NCBI GenBank assembly: GCA_963771275.1
Contig: CAVYSW010000009.1
Coordinates: 192,001 to 256,000, forward strand
Length of the DNA: 64,000 nt
From: an uncultured Gemmatimonadales bacterium
Lineage (GTDB): Bacteria > Gemmatimonadota > Gemmatimonadetes > Gemmatimonadales > GWC2-71-9
Reading direction: 5' to 3'
Part shown: positions 60,154-64,000 of the stretch, piece by piece
Layout: the number at the start of each line of letters is the position of its first letter
Numbering within the stretch: the first letter of the stretch is position 1
Program-made: the position numbers and the translations under genes
Notes under the pieces: model-generated
Database searches by the model: none
Told to the model about the DNA's origin: nothing
The model's input: the letters and a program-made list of their open reading frames with translations, nothing else

Positions 60154-61872
60154 ATGTCAGCAACCCTGACCGTCACCTGCGTGGTGCCCGACGCGCTGGA
60201 TCGCCTCCGCCACCTCGCCACGACCGCCGGTGCGCCCGACATCGCGGCCGAGGCGCGGGAGCTCGCCGAGCGCGCCGCCGCCGGCCGCTTCTACGTGGTC
60301 TGCATCGGGCAGTTCAAGCGCGGGAAATCCACCCTGATCAACACGCTGCTGGATGACGATCTGCTCCCGACCGGCGTGCCGCCGGTCACCTCGGTGCCGA
60401 CGATCGTGCGGGCCGGCGAGCGCAGCGCCCGCGTGCGGACCGCTGAGGGCTGGCAACCCGTCCCGATCGAGGAGCTGGGGCGCTACGTGTCGGAGGACGG
60501 CAACCCCGGCAATGTGCAGCGGGTGCTCGCCGTCGAGGTGTTCTCGTCGAGCCCCCTCCTCGCCGGCGGCCTGTGCCTGGTGGATACGCCCGGCCTGGGC
60601 TCGGTCATCGAAGCCAATTCGGCGGCGACCCGCGAGTTCCTCCCGCACGTGGACGCGGCCATCGCGGTGCTCGGCGTCGATCCGCCGGTCTCGGCGGAGG
60701 AGATGGCGTTCCTCGCGGAAACCGCCCGGCAGGCGGACACCATCGTGTTCGTGCTGAACAAGGCCGATCACCTGCCCCCCGGCGAGCGGGCGGCCGCCGT
60801 CGCGTTCACGGAGCGCGTGCTCACCGAGCGGCTCGGACGGCCCCCGGATCGGCTCTACCAGGTGAGCGCGCTTCCCAGCAAGCGGACACCGGAGAGCGAC
60901 GCCGAGTGGGCCGCGCTGGTGGAGCGGCTCCGTGGCCTGCCGGACGCGGCGGGCGATCGCCTGCTGGACGCCGCCGCGCGCCGCGGGGTAGCCCGCCTTG
61001 GCGGCCGCCTGCGCTGGGCACTCGACGAAGAGCGGCGGGCGCTGCTCGCGCCGGTCCAGGAGGCCGAGACCCGCGCCGCCACGTTGCGTGACCTCGCGGC
61101 CGACGCCGACCGCGCGCTCGGCGACCTCGGCCCGTTGCTCGCCGCGGAGCACCAGCGTCTGGGCCGCGCCTTCGTCACCGCCCGCGAGGACTTCCTTGCG
61201 CGGGCTCGTCCGGCCGCGCGCCAGGACCTGGATCGACGGCTCCCGGCGGCCGCCGATCGGAGGCCGCCAAGTCGCGCGGTCGCCCTGGACCTCGCATGTC
61301 AGACGGCCCGCGAGCACCTCGAACCCTGGCTCCGGGAGGCGGAACAGCAGGCGTTGCGCGCGTACGTCACGGCGACGGCCCGCTTCACGAGCATCGCGCA
61401 CGCGTTGCTCAAGCAGCTGACGGCGGCGGCCGGCGTCACGCCGGACGGCTGGAGTGCGGACGACCTCGTGCCCGCGGGCCTCTCCGCCCCGCCGCGGTTC
61501 TACTTCGCGGGGCGCATGGCCTACCACTACCCGAGCGCCCCATGGGCGGCGTGGCTCACCGACCGGCTCACGCCGCGGGGCCCGCGCGGGCGCCGGGTCC
61601 GCGCGGCCGCCGGGGCGTACCTCGAGGATCTGCTGAGCGTCAACGCGGAACGGGTCAAGAACGACCTGGATCAGCGCGTCCTGGAAAGCCGGCGGCAGTT
61701 CGAGTTCCGATTCCGCCGCGTGCTCGGCACGATCGTCCGTTTGGCGTCCGAGTCGCTCGAGCGTGCCCGGACGCATGGCGAAGGGCTCCCGCATGAACGT
61801 CCGCAGGAGCCATCAGCCGGCCCGGACGCCGGCGGTTTTCGGTGGGCCCCATCACCTTCGGCGGGATTCTAA
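60154..61872 (+). CDS. Dynamin family GTPase (bacterial dynamin-like protein)
   Basis: GQFKRGKST, LPTGVPPVT, DTPG, NKAD, helical stalk; ATG 60154 follows AGGAG. Confidence 0.9.
   Translation: MSATLTVTCVVPDALDRLRHLATTAGAPDIAAEARELAERAAAGRFYVVCIGQFKRGKSTLINTLLDDDLLPTGVPPVTSVPTIVRAGERSARVRTAEGWQPVPIEELGRYVSEDGNPGNVQRVLAVEVFSSSPLLAGGLCLVDTPGLGSVIEANSAATREFLPHVDAAIAVLGVDPPVSAEEMAFLAETARQADTIVFVLNKADHLPPGERAAAVAFTERVLTERLGRPPDRLYQVSALPSKRTPESDAEWAALVERLRGLPDAAGDRLLDAAARRGVARLGGRLRWALDEERRALLAPVQEAETRAATLRDLAADADRALGDLGPLLAAEHQRLGRAFVTAREDFLARARPAARQDLDRRLPAAADRRPPSRAVALDLACQTAREHLEPWLREAEQQALRAYVTATARFTSIAHALLKQLTAAAGVTPDGWSADDLVPAGLSAPPRFYFAGRMAYHYPSAPWAAWLTDRLTPRGPRGRRVRAAAGAYLEDLLSVNAERVKNDLDQRVLESRRQFEFRFRRVLGTIVRLASESLERARTHGEGLPHERPQEPSAGPDAGGFRWAPSPSAGF
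61803..61856 (-). ncRNA. Second fluoride riboswitch, antisense to the dynamin 3' end
   Basis: Minus strand GGTGATGGGGCCCACC-GAAAACC-GCCGGC...GCCGGC-TGATGGCTCCTGC, with compensatory changes in P1, P2 and the pseudoknot relative to copy 1. Confidence 0.85.
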
Positions 61873-61894
61873 GCCAGCCCGTTCGGGCGGTCAA
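61866..61894 (-). promoter_or_regulatory. sigma70-type promoter driving riboswitch 2
   Basis: TTGACC-N17-TAGAAT; -10 ends 9 nt before the aptamer. Confidence 0.8.
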
Positions 61895-61916
61895 TCGCCG
61901 GGCGATGGCGGGAGAT

Positions 61917-61941
61917 CGTGCAGCGTGCGGCGTGCAGCGTC
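61917..61941. repeat. Single arm of the GCGTGCA heptamer family
   Basis: cgtgca gcgtgcg gcgtgca gcgtc. Confidence 0.6.
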
Positions 61942-61947
61942 GGGGGC

Positions 61948-62454
61948 TCAGAGGCGCAGCATTGCCACCACGCCCAGCACGGCGATGACCAGGCCGAGGG
62001 CGACCTTCGCCGCCGCGCCGACCGCCCGCCCAAGCACGGCGCCCCATCCCGCGCTCACCGCCGCGCCGCCGGCCCGTGCAACCGTGTACTCGCCCAGCGT
62101 GGCACCGGCAAACGAGCCGGCGAACGCGCCGATCACGCTGCCGACGATCGGCACCGGCACGCCGACCACCGCACCGACGATCCCGCCCACCAGCGCGCCC
62201 CAGCCCGCGCGCCGCGATCCCCCGTAGCGCCGCGCGTACCGGAAGCCCGCCCACGCCTCGATGATCTCGCCGGCCATGGCCAGCCCGACGACGAGCGCGA
62301 TCGTGGCGATGCCCACCGACGCGAAGCCGGTGAGCCAGCCGAAGCCGATCACCCCCAGCACCATCAGCCACAGGCCCGGCAGGCCAAGCGGCACGAGGGC
62401 GAGGCCGACGGCGAGGACGGCGCCGAGCAGCAGCCCGGCAAGCAGCGCGGACAT
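61948..62454 (-). CDS. DUF456 family membrane protein
   Basis: LPGLWL, ARRYGGSRRAGWGALVGG, GSVIGAFAG. Confidence 0.88.
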   Translation of the reverse strand: MSALLAGLLLGAVLAVGLALVPLGLPGLWLMVLGVIGFGWLTGFASVGIATIALVVGLAMAGEIIEAWAGFRYARRYGGSRRAGWGALVGGIVGAVVGVPVPIVGSVIGAFAGSFAGATLGEYTVARAGGAAVSAGWGAVLGRAVGAAAKVALGLVIAVLGVVAMLRL

Positions 62455-62491
62455 GTGCGGCGATCAGCTCGTCAAGTGTACCTTCGGCGGG

Positions 62492-62520
62492 ATTCTATCG
62501 GCGCCCGCTCAGGTGGTCAA
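62492..62520 (-). promoter_or_regulatory. sigma70-type promoter for the DUF456 gene (duplicate of 61866-61894)
   Basis: TTGACC-N17-TAGAAT. Confidence 0.75.
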
Positions 62521-62632
62521 TCGCTGGCAGAGTCGGTGCCGGCGCGTAGCTTAGAGGTGTCCGCCACCCCCCGGCCGCGCTGCGGCGTCCTGGGGCGTAC
62601 GGATGGACCAGGCAACCGGGGGTAGCGCCACC

Positions 62633-64000
62633 ATGAGCGACGCCATCGAGCGCCTGAACACCGCCTGCGCCGGCCACTACCGGGTCGAGCGCGAGCTGGG
62701 CCGCGGCGGCATGGCCGCCGTCTATCTCGCCGAGGATCTCAAGCACCATCGTCACGTCGCCATCAAGGTCGTGAAGCCCGAGCTCGCGGCTGTGCTCGGG
62801 CCCGACCGGTTCCTGCGGGAGATCGAGATCTCGGCTCGGCTGGATCACCCGCACATCCTGCCGCTGTACGACTCGGGCGAGGCGAACGGGCTGCTCTACT
62901 ACGTGATGCCGTACGTGGAGGGCGAGTCGCTGCGTGACCGCCTCGCGCGCGAGAAGCAGCTCCCCGTCGATGACGCGCTCCAGATCGCCCGCGAAGTGGC
63001 GGACGCGCTGTCGTATGCGCACAGCCACGACGTCGTGCATCGCGACATCAAGCCCGAGAACATCCTGCTGGCCGGGGGGCACGCCCGGGTGGCGGACTTC
63101 GGTATCGCCCGCGCCATCACCGAGGCGGGGGGGCAGCGCCTCACGCAGACGGGTCTCGCGATCGGCACGCCGGCCTACATGAGCCCCGAGCAGGCCGCGG
63201 GGAGCCGGGACCTGGACGGCCGCAGCGATCTCTACAGCCTGGGGTGCGTGCTGTACGAGATGCTCGCCGGCGAGCCGCCGTTCACCGGCCCGGCGGACAC
63301 GCTGGTGCATCAGCATCTCACCGTGCAACCGACCCCGATCACGTCGCTCCGGCCGGCCGTGCCGCCGGCTGTCTGCGCGGCGCTGATGCGGGCGCTCGCC
63401 AAGACGCCAGCAGACCGGTTCAGCCCCGCAGCGCAGTTTGCGGAGGCGTTGCGCACGTCCGGGACGCCGGCTCCGCTGCCCAGTGTCGCGCAACCGTCCG
63501 AGACGCTGGGCGCCGACCCGCTGCGCGTGGCGGGCGTCGTTGCCGTCGCCGCCGTCGCGCTGCTCGCCGCGGCGTCGTTCCTCGTGAGCCGGCTCGGGCT
63601 GCCGCGCTGGGTGCTGATCGTAACGATCGTCATCGTCGCCGTGGCACTCCCCACCGGCGTGGTCACGAGCCTCGCAGAGCGATGGCGGGCGCGCGGGACG
63701 GCACCGCGGAGCGGGCTCGGCCTCTTCACCTGGCGGCGCACCGCGGTCGCTGGCGGCACCGCGCTCACCGTCCTCGCCCTCACCACGGCGGGGTACGTCG
63801 CGTCCCGCGCCCTCGGCATCGGTCCGGCGGCGACCCTCCTCAGCACCGGAGCGATCAGCGAGCGCGAGCCCCTCATCCTCGCCGACTTCGCGAACCGGAC
63901 CGCCGACTCGACGCACGGGGCCACAGCAACCGAGCTGATGCGGATCGGGCTCTCCCAGTCACCGACCGTCTCAATCCTCGACCCGGTTCAGGTGAGCCAG
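62633..64000 (+). CDS. Membrane Ser/Thr protein kinase (3'-truncated by window edge)
   Basis: ATG 62633; ELGRGGMA, VAIK, HRDIKPEN, DFG, GTPAYMSPEQ, then TM helices; not in the ORF track because no stop is reached. Confidence 0.93.
   Translation, partial: MSDAIERLNTACAGHYRVERELGRGGMAAVYLAEDLKHHRHVAIKVVKPELAAVLGPDRFLREIEISARLDHPHILPLYDSGEANGLLYYVMPYVEGESLRDRLAREKQLPVDDALQIAREVADALSYAHSHDVVHRDIKPENILLAGGHARVADFGIARAITEAGGQRLTQTGLAIGTPAYMSPEQAAGSRDLDGRSDLYSLGCVLYEMLAGEPPFTGPADTLVHQHLTVQPTPITSLRPAVPPAVCAALMRALAKTPADRFSPAAQFAEALRTSGTPAPLPSVAQPSETLGADPLRVAGVVAVAAVALLAAASFLVSRLGLPRWVLIVTIVIVAVALPTGVVTSLAERWRARGTAPRSGLGLFTWRRTAVAGGTALTVLALTTAGYVASRALGIGPAATLLSTGAISEREPLILADFANRTADSTHGATATELMRIGLSQSPTVSILDPVQVSQ

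Noticed and set aside
60157..61794. 545-aa minus-strand ORF as a confident gene
   Set aside because: Composition is that of an antisense mirror frame of the dynamin gene. It is kept only as an open alternative in the riboswitch-2 finding.
62495..63916. 473-aa minus-strand ORF
   Set aside because: Antisense to the clear plus-strand kinase starting at 62633.

Overview
High-GC bacterial chromosomal window. The four Hanks-type Ser/Thr kinases, the tricorn and EcxA-type proteases and the EF-P with a PGN loop suggest Gemmatimonadota or a similar lineage (inference). It holds about 55 ordinary genes: transporters, a Lol/FtsX-like ABC locus, cls, ettA, a sulfide/persulfide detox cluster, a CusCBA-type efflux operon, mltG, dinB, pncA, class I aldolase, efp and cstA. 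No rRNA, tRNA, CRISPR, integrase or transposase was seen. Two features stand out. (1) A dispersed family of intergenic palindromes is built from inverted arms of tandem 7-mers (CAATGTY...CAAG-loop-CTTG...RACATTG) and occurs 8 times. One copy encloses a four-helix-bundle (23S-IVP/Avd-like) gene, and several sit exactly between an SD-like motif and a start codon. Two other families with different units (GCGTGCA 7-mer, CTGCCGCAT 9-mer) share this architecture. (2) A dynamin-like GTPase gene is bracketed by two convergent fluoride (crcB-motif) riboswitches. The antisense one has its own duplicated sigma70 promoter. Smaller findings are a copA remnant, a structured leader on an ankyrin/Clp-N gene, and two apparent frameshifts. 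All calls come from manual reading; no database searches were run.
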